From contig JAPLZX010000022.1 in assembly GCA_026394815.1 (NCBI GenBank), positions 1 to 42,571 of the forward strand: a DNA stretch of 42,571 nt. Direction: 5' to 3'. The stretch is from Candidatus Zambryskiibacteriota bacterium (GTDB taxonomy: Bacteria > Patescibacteriota > Minisyncoccia > Phycocordibacterales > DATDWN01). This document shows positions 33,126-40,987 of this stretch, piece by piece. The notes beneath the pieces were generated by a model. It searched no databases. It had not been told where the DNA came from and saw only the letters and a program-made list of their open reading frames with translations. Every line of letters begins with the position of its first letter. Position 1 is the first letter of the stretch. The translations under genes were made by a program, and so were the position numbers.

Positions 33126-33153
33126 AACCCCGTGTGCTCGCGCACACGGGGTT
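33126..33153 (+). terminator. 11-bp GC-rich hairpin terminator
   Basis: AACCCCGTGTG pairs with CACACGGGGTT. Confidence 0.7.
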
Positions 33154-33563
33154 ACTCTATTTAATTTAGATGTTAAAATTTGTAAATATAAAAATGGTTG
33201 CTGGCCCGTTTCCACGGATGCATAGAAATTTTCTATCTGACAAGATGAGAAATTTTGAGGGGAATCATCCAACCCGCGGGACTAATCACAACACAAAATT
33301 TTCTAAAATATTGGACTTCCCCCCGTTCCCTACCCGCGGAGCAGATAATCATTTATAATATACCCATGGTCATAGACATAGAACTAACTCTTAATAGGTT
33401 TGGGTTTGGGAAAATTTCTGAAAATAAATTTCAGTTGTTTTGTTTTAGATTCTCAAAATGGAAAATCCCAAACAAATACTCCATCTCTTTTGAAATAAAC
33501 TGGAAGACAAGTGAGATTAAAGATACCTAGCCCTTTTATCCTTTTATCTTTATCCTTCGAAAA

Positions 33564-33582
33564 GAGCACCTTGGTCGCAGAG
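33564..33582 (+). repeat. direct repeat of the tRNA-Asn 3' end (attR-like remnant 2)
   Basis: GAGCaCCtTGGTCGCAGAG against tRNA GAGCCCTGGTCGCAGAG. The 11-mer TGGTCGCAGAG is exact, and TTCGA lies just upstream as in the T-loop. Confidence 0.55.
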
Positions 33583-33697
33583 TAAAGTTTTTAGCTATAT
33601 TTCTCCACACAATTTTACCCGTCTGCAAAAGCTATGCTTTAGCATTGCGGGCAGGACGACCCTTTCGTGAGACTTGAATTTTTAGTATAATTTTTAT

Positions 33698-34300
33698 ATG
33701 AAAAAAAATTATATCATTTTAATAATTCTTGTTTTGATAGCGTTAGTGACTGGCTTAGTTATTTTTAGACCGCATTCCGGCAAAGAGAAGGTAGCCGAGC
33801 AAACTTTACCGAAAGATTATAAAAACGCAACGTATATAATTGAAGGACAATCCGTTACCCTTACTAATGGATTATCTGAAATTGAAGCAGCGCCTGGCTC
33901 AGCAACAAAAATCATTACCCGTTATTTCGGCAATGAAGTTAAGCACGACCTTAACGATGACGGCCGTGAAGATGTGGTTTTTCTTTTGACTCAGGAAACC
34001 GGCGGTAGCGGTGTCTTTTACTATATTGTCGCTGCCTTAAATACTCCGGACGGCTATATCGGTTCGCAAGCTGTTTTCTTGGGTGACCGTATTGCCCCAC
34101 AAACGACACACATGGATGAAGGAATAACGTCAAAGGGAACCAACAGACAAAATGTTATTGTTGTTAATTATGCCGTTCGTTTACCGGGGGAGCCGTTTAC
34201 TGCCAGACCTTCATTAGGTAAAAGTATGTGGCTTAAACTCGATCCGGTTACAATGCAGTTCGCCGAAGTAGCACAAAATTTTGAAGGCGAATCCAGATAA
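33698..34300 (+). CDS. hypothetical membrane-anchored/secreted protein
   Basis: 200 aa with an N-terminal TM segment. No family was recognised. Confidence 0.65.
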   Translation: MKKNYIILIILVLIALVTGLVIFRPHSGKEKVAEQTLPKDYKNATYIIEGQSVTLTNGLSEIEAAPGSATKIITRYFGNEVKHDLNDDGREDVVFLLTQETGGSGVFYYIVAALNTPDGYIGSQAVFLGDRIAPQTTHMDEGITSKGTNRQNVIVVNYAVRLPGEPFTARPSLGKSMWLKLDPVTMQFAEVAQNFEGESR

Positions 34301-34336
34301 AATTAAAACTTTTTTATTTTGTGTTATTATAAATAT

Positions 34337-34579
34337 ATGAAAAAAATAATTACAACACAATTTATAGTTTTACTTATTGGAACTGTTTTTGCTTGGTATA
34401 ATTTTTCAAGAGAACTTATTGATTGGTCTGCAAGTCGCGCCTGCACCACAGGATGCGCGACGGGTTTAGTTAATCCATTTTTTACTCCTTGTTTTTACGG
34501 AGCAATATTTTTCACTATTGCTTTTGTTTTGAGTATCTTTATTTTGAAATATAAAAATAGAGATTACCAGCAGATTTAG
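34337..34579 (+). CDS. small two-TM membrane protein with a CTTGC motif
   Basis: Start set at ATG 34337 (MKKIITTQF), because the track start at 34319 is a TTG. Confidence 0.55.
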   Translation: MKKIITTQFIVLLIGTVFAWYNFSRELIDWSASRACTTGCATGLVNPFFTPCFYGAIFFTIAFVLSIFILKYKNRDYQQI

Positions 34580-34672
34580 TGCGCGGATAAATTTGCAAAT
34601 AATTTTAGTTTATGGTTTAATACTTAACGGATCGTTCCCCCCTCCAACCCAACCTTATAGCAAAGGAGACTT

Positions 34673-34963
34673 ATGCTCAGAGGAAATCTGGGACTATCTG
34701 CCATCAGGGAAGTTGATGATATTGCTGGCAGTGCCACTCAGGAACACGAATTGTTTGTGCGAATCAGAATTTGCCAAGCAAGAGTGATCTTAGACAACGC
34801 TGAAACCAGCCCAGGTCAGCGTGTGTGTCGGGATTGCGGAGATGAAATCTCGCAGAAACGACTGATGGTCGTTCCCGGTGCAATTCGTTGCACCACCTGT
34901 GAAGGAATATGGGAGAGGACTCACCCGAAGATTCCTCCTCCTCGTCACTTACAAAGTCGGTAG
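34673..34963 (+). CDS. TraR/DksA-family C4 zinc-finger protein
   Basis: CRDCGDEISQKRLMVVPGAIRCTTCE (CxxC-17-CxxC), AAGGAG upstream of the ATG, and a GC-rich patch. Confidence 0.75.
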   Translation: MLRGNLGLSAIREVDDIAGSATQEHELFVRIRICQARVILDNAETSPGQRVCRDCGDEISQKRLMVVPGAIRCTTCEGIWERTHPKIPPPRHLQSR

Positions 34964-35022
34964 TAGTCCCCCCGCCCCATCCTTTTGAGATCTACCGGCT
35001 GGATCCCAGCCCAGCCGTCGCC

Positions 35023-35060
35023 GCCTCGTCGTCGTAACACCGTCGTCGAGGCTTTTCTCT
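35023..35060 (+). terminator. hairpin terminator after the TraR-like gene
   Basis: GCCTCGTCGTCG pairs with CGTCGTCGAGGC (12 positions, two U-U mismatches), followed by TTTT. Confidence 0.55.
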
Positions 35061-35130
35061 TGTAAAAAACAAATGTGGTAAAAATTTTTTGGTGTATAAT
35101 AATAAAAGTTATTAACTTAAGTTCATTATT

Positions 35131-36894
35131 ATGCTTAAAAAATCAATCTATTCAAACTATTTCATAAAAATAATATTTCTTTTTACACTTATTGTTTTAC
35201 CGTCTGTTCTCTTCGCAGCTTCTGCCTCCATTCAATATTTTTCTCCTAGCACCATCGTCTCTGTTGGTGGTGATGTTTTTTTCAGAATTAGCCCCGAGGG
35301 TTTCTCTGGTGCTATCACATATATAGTAAGTGACACGTTTTCAGGAACTAGTGTTTCTAGCTCAAACATAGATAGTTCCGGAACATTTATTTGGAAACCT
35401 GCAACTCAAGATATTGGCACTCATAATATTACAGTAAATCTATCGGATCAGTTTAGTAATACTGCATCCGTCTCGCAACAAATTATAGTGCCTGTAATTC
35501 CAACAGTTACAATTAGAAATGTCTTTCCTAGTTCTTCGGTTAATGTAGGACAAACTATTTTCTTTAGTACACTCGTAACTGGATTTACAAATCCAATATA
35601 TTCAATTACTGATTCAATTTATACTTCAAGTCTAACTCCAACAAACATGAATTCTTCCGGTGATTTCAGTTGGACACCAAAATCTTGGGATGTCGGAAGC
35701 CATAATATAACTATAGTTGTGACAGATAATTCCGGACGAAGTGCCACAGCTATTCAAAGTATAATCGTAGGAGTGGCTACTACAACCATAGAATTGCTTT
35801 CCCCAGGAAACACTGTCACCTCTAGACAAAATGTCACTTTCAAAGTTACACCGATAAATTTTACCAATCCCATATATACCCTAAGTGATTCCGTTTCAGG
35901 AAGTAGTATTAATAGCGGAAATTTAAATGCTCTTGGAATTTTCAATTGGACACCAACACCAAGTGATTTAGGTACTCATTTAATTACAATAAGAGTAAGT
36001 GATGCTTCTGGAAGTATTTCTACTATTTCGCAACAAATAACCGTAACTAATCCTAGAATTGATATAAAATCTGCAAGCCCTAGCACAACCATAGGTGTAG
36101 GAGTAACATTATCTTTCAATGCAACTTCAACTGGACTTATAACCCCACGTTACACAATTAATGATTCGTTTGGTGGAACTAGTATTTCTAATAGTAATAT
36201 AAATTCATCTGGAGAATTTAGTTGGACCCCAAAAAGCATTGATATTGGAGTACACCCCATAAGAATATTAGCAACGGATAATTTTGGCAGTAATGCAAGT
36301 ACCGAAATGTTAATAATAGTTAAAGCTTCATCAAGCGCAACAATTTCTTCCCCTACAAATGCAGGAGTTGTCACGGTAAATACTCCGACTACTGCGGTAA
36401 ATTATACCTTTAATAAATCTCTTTCTGTTGGATCGTCTGGTGCAGATGTCTCCGCCCTCCAAGTAATCTTGAAACAACAAGGATTTTTATCTACAGATGT
36501 AACCGGATATTATGGAAGTTTGACAGAAAAAGCAGTTAAAGATTTTCAATCTTCGCGTGGGTTAGAGGCTGTGGGTTTTGTAGGCCCAGGGACAAGAACC
36601 TCTTTAAATAATTTGCAAAATATAAATACAAATGCGGGTACAAATACTACCACTAACACTACAGCTAATTCAAAATATACATTCACTAAACCATTAACTA
36701 TTGGTTCAACTGGTACAGAAGTTTCTGAATTACAGAAAAAATTAACGAGTTTAGGTTTATATTCTGGACCTATAACTGGCACTTTCGGTCCATTAACTCA
36801 AACGGCTGTTAAAAAACTCCAATTAGGACATAATTTGGAACAGATTGGAAGTGTAGGCCCCGCAACACGAACAGCACTAAATAGCGAAATATAG
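35131..36894 (+). CDS. surface protein with five tandem Ig-like repeats and two C-terminal peptidoglycan-binding (PG_binding_1-like) domains
   Basis: Signal/TM N-terminus. About 95-aa repeats each carry SSG.F.W.P...D.G.H.I. There are two copies of GS.G..V..LQ..L...G.....TG.(F/Y)G.LT..AVK.(F/L)Q. Confidence 0.8.
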   Translation: MLKKSIYSNYFIKIIFLFTLIVLPSVLFAASASIQYFSPSTIVSVGGDVFFRISPEGFSGAITYIVSDTFSGTSVSSSNIDSSGTFIWKPATQDIGTHNITVNLSDQFSNTASVSQQIIVPVIPTVTIRNVFPSSSVNVGQTIFFSTLVTGFTNPIYSITDSIYTSSLTPTNMNSSGDFSWTPKSWDVGSHNITIVVTDNSGRSATAIQSIIVGVATTTIELLSPGNTVTSRQNVTFKVTPINFTNPIYTLSDSVSGSSINSGNLNALGIFNWTPTPSDLGTHLITIRVSDASGSISTISQQITVTNPRIDIKSASPSTTIGVGVTLSFNATSTGLITPRYTINDSFGGTSISNSNINSSGEFSWTPKSIDIGVHPIRILATDNFGSNASTEMLIIVKASSSATISSPTNAGVVTVNTPTTAVNYTFNKSLSVGSSGADVSALQVILKQQGFLSTDVTGYYGSLTEKAVKDFQSSRGLEAVGFVGPGTRTSLNNLQNINTNAGTNTTTNTTANSKYTFTKPLTIGSTGTEVSELQKKLTSLGLYSGPITGTFGPLTQTAVKKLQLGHNLEQIGSVGPATRTALNSEI

Positions 36895-37014
36895 AAAGAT
36901 AATGTTCATTTAACCTTTACAAGTCTGACTTTGTAGAGTACTATTTATATTGGAAATTATGGATACAACCGAGTTCGGGCGGTATCCCGAATAATCAGCG
37001 GATTAGAGGGCAAC

Positions 37015-37227
37015 ATGGGGTCAGAAGAATTCCGTCATGTTCCAGTCCTGGTCGCTAGAGATTTGGCGAATGCCGTCATTGCGCGAGCCCTCGCCGACGC
37101 ACTCAACCCGACCAACTCTCTCAAAGTCCGCGAAGATGCCAAGGAGTTCCTCAGGCGCGACAACACCACCTGTACGATGTATTGCGCAAAGGCAGGTATC
37201 GACCCGCGGAGCATCTGTCTCCGCTAG
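37015..37227 (+). CDS. hypothetical 70-aa protein in a GC-rich patch
   Basis: TTTACA-17-TACTAT promoter, a structured leader and a strong terminator. No motif was recognised. Confidence 0.4.
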   Translation: MGSEEFRHVPVLVARDLANAVIARALADALNPTNSLKVREDAKEFLRRDNTTCTMYCAKAGIDPRSICLR

Positions 37228-37247
37228 GCGAGCTTGCTGTTCACCGG

Positions 37248-37284
37248 CCTCCGTCCCGATTTTTGGGGCGGAGGTTGTTCTTTT
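37248..37284 (+). terminator. intrinsic terminator
   Basis: CCTCCGTCCC pairs with GGGGCGGAGG (10 bp, one G-U), followed by TTGTTCTTTT. Confidence 0.6.
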
Positions 37285-37286
37285 AA

Positions 37287-37502
37287 TTACATTTGTTCTT
37301 TAGGAACACAATCCTTGCAAGATTTTTTGTGTGTAAATACTAAATAAACAGCAGATAATCCAACTAAGATATAAATGAGTTTAGCTAACATGGAACCAAC
37401 TCCAAAAACACTGTCCACCAAATTATAACCAAAACCCACTAAAAGCCAGTTCAATCCTCCGATTACTAGAAGAGTGAAACTGACCATGTGTAATATTTTC
37501 AT
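37287..37502 (-). CDS. DUF378-family small membrane protein
   Basis: LLVIGGLNWLLVGFGYNLV is the DUF378 signature. Confidence 0.75.
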   Translation of the reverse strand: MKILHMVSFTLLVIGGLNWLLVGFGYNLVDSVFGVGSMLAKLIYILVGLSAVYLVFTHKKSCKDCVPKEQM

Positions 37503-37585
37503 ATAATAAAAGTTAACTAATAATACTACTTAATTATACCAATTCTTATTTAAAATAACTATTTCTTTGTGTGTATTACTCTAAA

Positions 37586-38149
37586 TTACACATTGCTAGA
37601 TAATTTATTGTCACTACTCTTGTTTTGATGACTAAATATTATTCTACTAACTTCCTCCGGGTGTCTTACTATCGACATAAAAAATTCTTGGTTATTTTCA
37701 CTAGCAGTTTGAACTCTAATATTTCCAAATTTTAAAAGTGTTGGAATAAAACCCTCAATATCTAAAGTCACATCCTGAACTTTATCAAAGCGCAGATTTG
37801 AAATCTCTCTGTGAAAAAGATTCTTCTGTTCTATAATAATAATACGTTTTTCAGTTACATACCAAACATCTAGATAATATTTTGTCCATCCGATAAAGAA
37901 AGAAATCCAAAGGAAAAGTACCCATAATGTATATAAAAACAAAAATAAAGCTGATTTATTTCCGAAAAAATTTATATTATTTATATTAAGTAATGTGGGT
38001 ACAAATGTTTTTAATACAACAAATAATACAAAAGGTAATGCAGCAATAAATAATAAAGCTAAGGCCTGCCCAACAAAAACAATCCAATGTTTACGAACTT
38101 CAAGAATAACATGTTCGTCTAATTCCAAGTGTAATGCTTTATATGACAT
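37586..38149 (-). CDS. membrane protein with a bacterial PH (YdbT/DUF304-like) domain
   Basis: Two TM hairpins are followed by WYVTEKRIIIIEQK...VQDV. Confidence 0.65.
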   Translation of the reverse strand: MSYKALHLELDEHVILEVRKHWIVFVGQALALLFIAALPFVLFVVLKTFVPTLLNINNINFFGNKSALFLFLYTLWVLFLWISFFIGWTKYYLDVWYVTEKRIIIIEQKNLFHREISNLRFDKVQDVTLDIEGFIPTLLKFGNIRVQTASENNQEFFMSIVRHPEEVSRIIFSHQNKSSDNKLSSNV

Positions 38150-38152
38150 GAT

Positions 38153-38401
38153 TTAAAGATAATTTAAAGCTAAAAAAGAGGTTGTAAACAAGACTATAGA
38201 AACAAGAATAAATACTGTTTCAGCTAGTAAAATAGCACCACTACGCATTCCATATTCTGACCAGTGATATAAAAGCACTATAGAAACAATAGTATATATT
38301 ATAAAAAATAAAAACAAAATAATTAAAAGTATTGGTGTATTCGTCAAGAAAGATGTTAGGAAGCTCGGAAATGCAGGAACTATAAATTGGGATGTTTCCA
38401 T
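38153..38401 (-). CDS. small hydrophobic membrane protein
   Basis: 82 aa with two TM segments, tightly packed between neighbouring genes. Confidence 0.5.
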   Translation of the reverse strand: METSQFIVPAFPSFLTSFLTNTPILLIILFLFFIIYTIVSIVLLYHWSEYGMRSGAILLAETVFILVSIVLFTTSFLALNYL

Positions 38402-38428
38402 GTGTTTATTGTATCAAATTATTAAAAT

Positions 38429-39028
38429 CTATTCATTGTTGACGAAGAAATTCCTTATAATCTTATTTAATATGAAATATAGAAACACAAGTAAAAAAAC
38501 GCTGATGGTAATGAAAGCTGCAGTGTTTAAATATCCATCTATTTTTATATATGAACCTCCAACATAATAACCCACAAGTAATAAGACGAGTGTTTTTGGG
38601 ATAGTCCCTAGTAGACTAACTCCTATATATCGAAAAAAATTTATTCCGGCAATTCCTGCGGTTATTTGTATAGCTGTACCCATTCCATGAAGAACTTTTG
38701 CTGAAAGAACCGTTTTGATTTCGTGTTTTTTAAAGTGATTTTCGATAGATTCTTCACTTTTTTCATTGTAACCCAAAAAATGTCCGTATCTTTTTACCCA
38801 AGAAGATTTTCGCCAATATTTACCAATGGCATAATGGAAAGCATCCCCTGTTAAATCACCAATAACCAATAAAATATAAATTATGTAAATATTTAATAAA
38901 CCTAGGTATACAAGGAACCCAGAAATTATGGTGATAATAGGACCTTCCAATATAGCAATTGGGAAAATAAACAAATATCTATATTGTTCAAAAATAATCA
39001 AAACATCCGATAGAGATATAAACATCAC
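38429..39028 (-). CDS. DedA/VTT-domain membrane protein
   Basis: FIFPIAILEGPIITIISGFL and overall DedA topology. Confidence 0.8.
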   Translation of the reverse strand: MMFISLSDVLIIFEQYRYLFIFPIAILEGPIITIISGFLVYLGLLNIYIIYILLVIGDLTGDAFHYAIGKYWRKSSWVKRYGHFLGYNEKSEESIENHFKKHEIKTVLSAKVLHGMGTAIQITAGIAGINFFRYIGVSLLGTIPKTLVLLLVGYYVGGSYIKIDGYLNTAAFITISVFLLVFLYFILNKIIRNFFVNNE

Positions 39029-39157
39029 ATAATAATGTCAATTTTTCACAGAAAAAACAACTATTGTGACGATAAAATTTGACTTGTAAGAGAAAATTTG
39101 CTTTAATTAACCCATTCATCGCCGGCTATGGCCGGTTTTTAGATAAAAACAACTAAT

Positions 39158-40981
39158 ATGCAAATCAGGAACATAGCAATAATAGCCCACGTTGACCACG
39201 GTAAAACCAAATTAACCGATGCTCTTATGCGTCAAACTGGAATGGTTACTGTGGAAGGTGCCACAATGGACTCAAACGCCCTTGAACTAGAGCGTGGTAT
39301 TACCATATATTCAAAAAACACATCCATATATTACCCTCCAAAAGATTCAGGACGAGAGGTTACAAAAATCAACATTGTAGACACTCCCGGACATTCTGAT
39401 TTTGGTTCCGAAGTAGAACGAGTTCTTCGTTCTATTGATACTGTATTACTTTTAGTTGATGCTCAAGAAGGACCAATGCCCCAGACACGATTTGTTTTGA
39501 AAAAATCTTTGGAACTGGGATTGAAGCCGATTGTTATTATAAATAAAATAGACAAACCGGCAGCTAGACCAGAAGAAGTGCATGAGTTGATTCTTGAATT
39601 ATTTCTTGAATTAGGCGCCAGTGATGAACAATTAAATTTTACAACTGTTTATGCTGTGGGACGAGATGGTATAGCCAAAATGAAACTAGAAGATGAAAGT
39701 AAAGACCTGACTCCCCTACTTGAAACAATATTACGAGAAGTTCCTCCGGCTTCGGGAGATAAAAATTTACCAGCCAGATTACAATCATTTAATTTGGCCT
39801 ATGATAATTTTCTTGGACGTCTTGCTGTCTGTCGTGTATATGAAGGCACAATTAAAAACGGTGATGTCGTCTTTGTAAAGCAACATCACTCTTCGACAAG
39901 CTCAGAGCAAGCAAATTCAGATCAAAGCAAAATTATTTCAGGAAAATTAACAAAACTTTTTAGCTTCGAAGGAATAAAAAGATTGGAAATAGAAGAAGCT
40001 ACTGCCGGAGATATTGTTATGGTAGCCGGACTTCCTACTGTATATATTGGAGACACTATTTGTAAAGATGAAAATGCCGAGATGCTTCCTTCCATAAATA
40101 TAGACGAACCAACCATATCTCTAAACTTTCTTGTCAATGATTCCCCTTTTGCTGGACGCGAAGGTAAGTATGTTACAGGGCGACAAATTCGCGAGAGATT
40201 AGAAAAAGAATTGGAAATAAATGTTGGTTTGAAAATTGATTGGAATGATGATTCTCCCACTGGAGGATATACAGTATATGGTCGTGGCGAATTACATATT
40301 GCTATTCTCTTGGAAAATATGCGTCGAGAAGGTTATGAACTTCAAGTATCTCAACCAAAAGTTATTATAAAAGAAAAAGATGGAATAAAATTGGAACCTT
40401 TTGAGGAAGTAACGGTAGATATTTCGGATGAATTAGCCGGTTCTGTTATATCAAAACTAACCGAAAGAAGAGGAATTGTGATGAATATAAAAAAAGCTCA
40501 CGGCCACCAAAGAATTATTTTTGAAATTCCCACCAGAGGGTTACTGGGTTATCGTGGACAATTTATAATGGATACAAAAGGACTTGGTATATTAGCTTCT
40601 AGATTTATAGAATTTCGTGAATATGTGGGAGATATAAAACATACAAATTTTGGCTCAATGGTTTCAATGGAAGCCGGCAAGGTTTTAGCTTTTGCGCTTG
40701 ATAACTTGCAACAAAGAGGGACTCTTTATGTCGACCCAGGAACAGAAGTTTATGTAGGAATGGTTATTGGTAATGTTTCAAAAGGAACTGATTTGTCCGT
40801 AAATCCAACAAAAGGCAAACAACTAACAAATATGAGGTCAACAAGTTCCGATGGCTCTATATATCTAGCCGCCACCTATAAACTGGATATAGAAAAAGCT
40901 ATGGAAATAATGTCAGAAGATGAATATATAGAAATCACCCCAAAATCCGTGCGATTGAGAAAGAAGACGATTAAAAAATAA
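39158..40981 (+). CDS. typA: translational GTPase TypA/BipA
   Basis: IRNIAIIAHVDHGKT, DTPGHSDF and NKID. 607 aa. Confidence 0.95.
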   Translation: MQIRNIAIIAHVDHGKTKLTDALMRQTGMVTVEGATMDSNALELERGITIYSKNTSIYYPPKDSGREVTKINIVDTPGHSDFGSEVERVLRSIDTVLLLVDAQEGPMPQTRFVLKKSLELGLKPIVIINKIDKPAARPEEVHELILELFLELGASDEQLNFTTVYAVGRDGIAKMKLEDESKDLTPLLETILREVPPASGDKNLPARLQSFNLAYDNFLGRLAVCRVYEGTIKNGDVVFVKQHHSSTSSEQANSDQSKIISGKLTKLFSFEGIKRLEIEEATAGDIVMVAGLPTVYIGDTICKDENAEMLPSINIDEPTISLNFLVNDSPFAGREGKYVTGRQIRERLEKELEINVGLKIDWNDDSPTGGYTVYGRGELHIAILLENMRREGYELQVSQPKVIIKEKDGIKLEPFEEVTVDISDELAGSVISKLTERRGIVMNIKKAHGHQRIIFEIPTRGLLGYRGQFIMDTKGLGILASRFIEFREYVGDIKHTNFGSMVSMEAGKVLAFALDNLQQRGTLYVDPGTEVYVGMVIGNVSKGTDLSVNPTKGKQLTNMRSTSSDGSIYLAATYKLDIEKAMEIMSEDEYIEITPKSVRLRKKTIKK

Positions 40982-40987
40982 AGTTGT

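Noticed and set aside
33170-33530. ORFs 33170..33358 and 33255..33530
   Set aside because: They overlap one another, lack an SD and a plausible promoter, have low-complexity translations, and lie in what looks like decayed island DNA.
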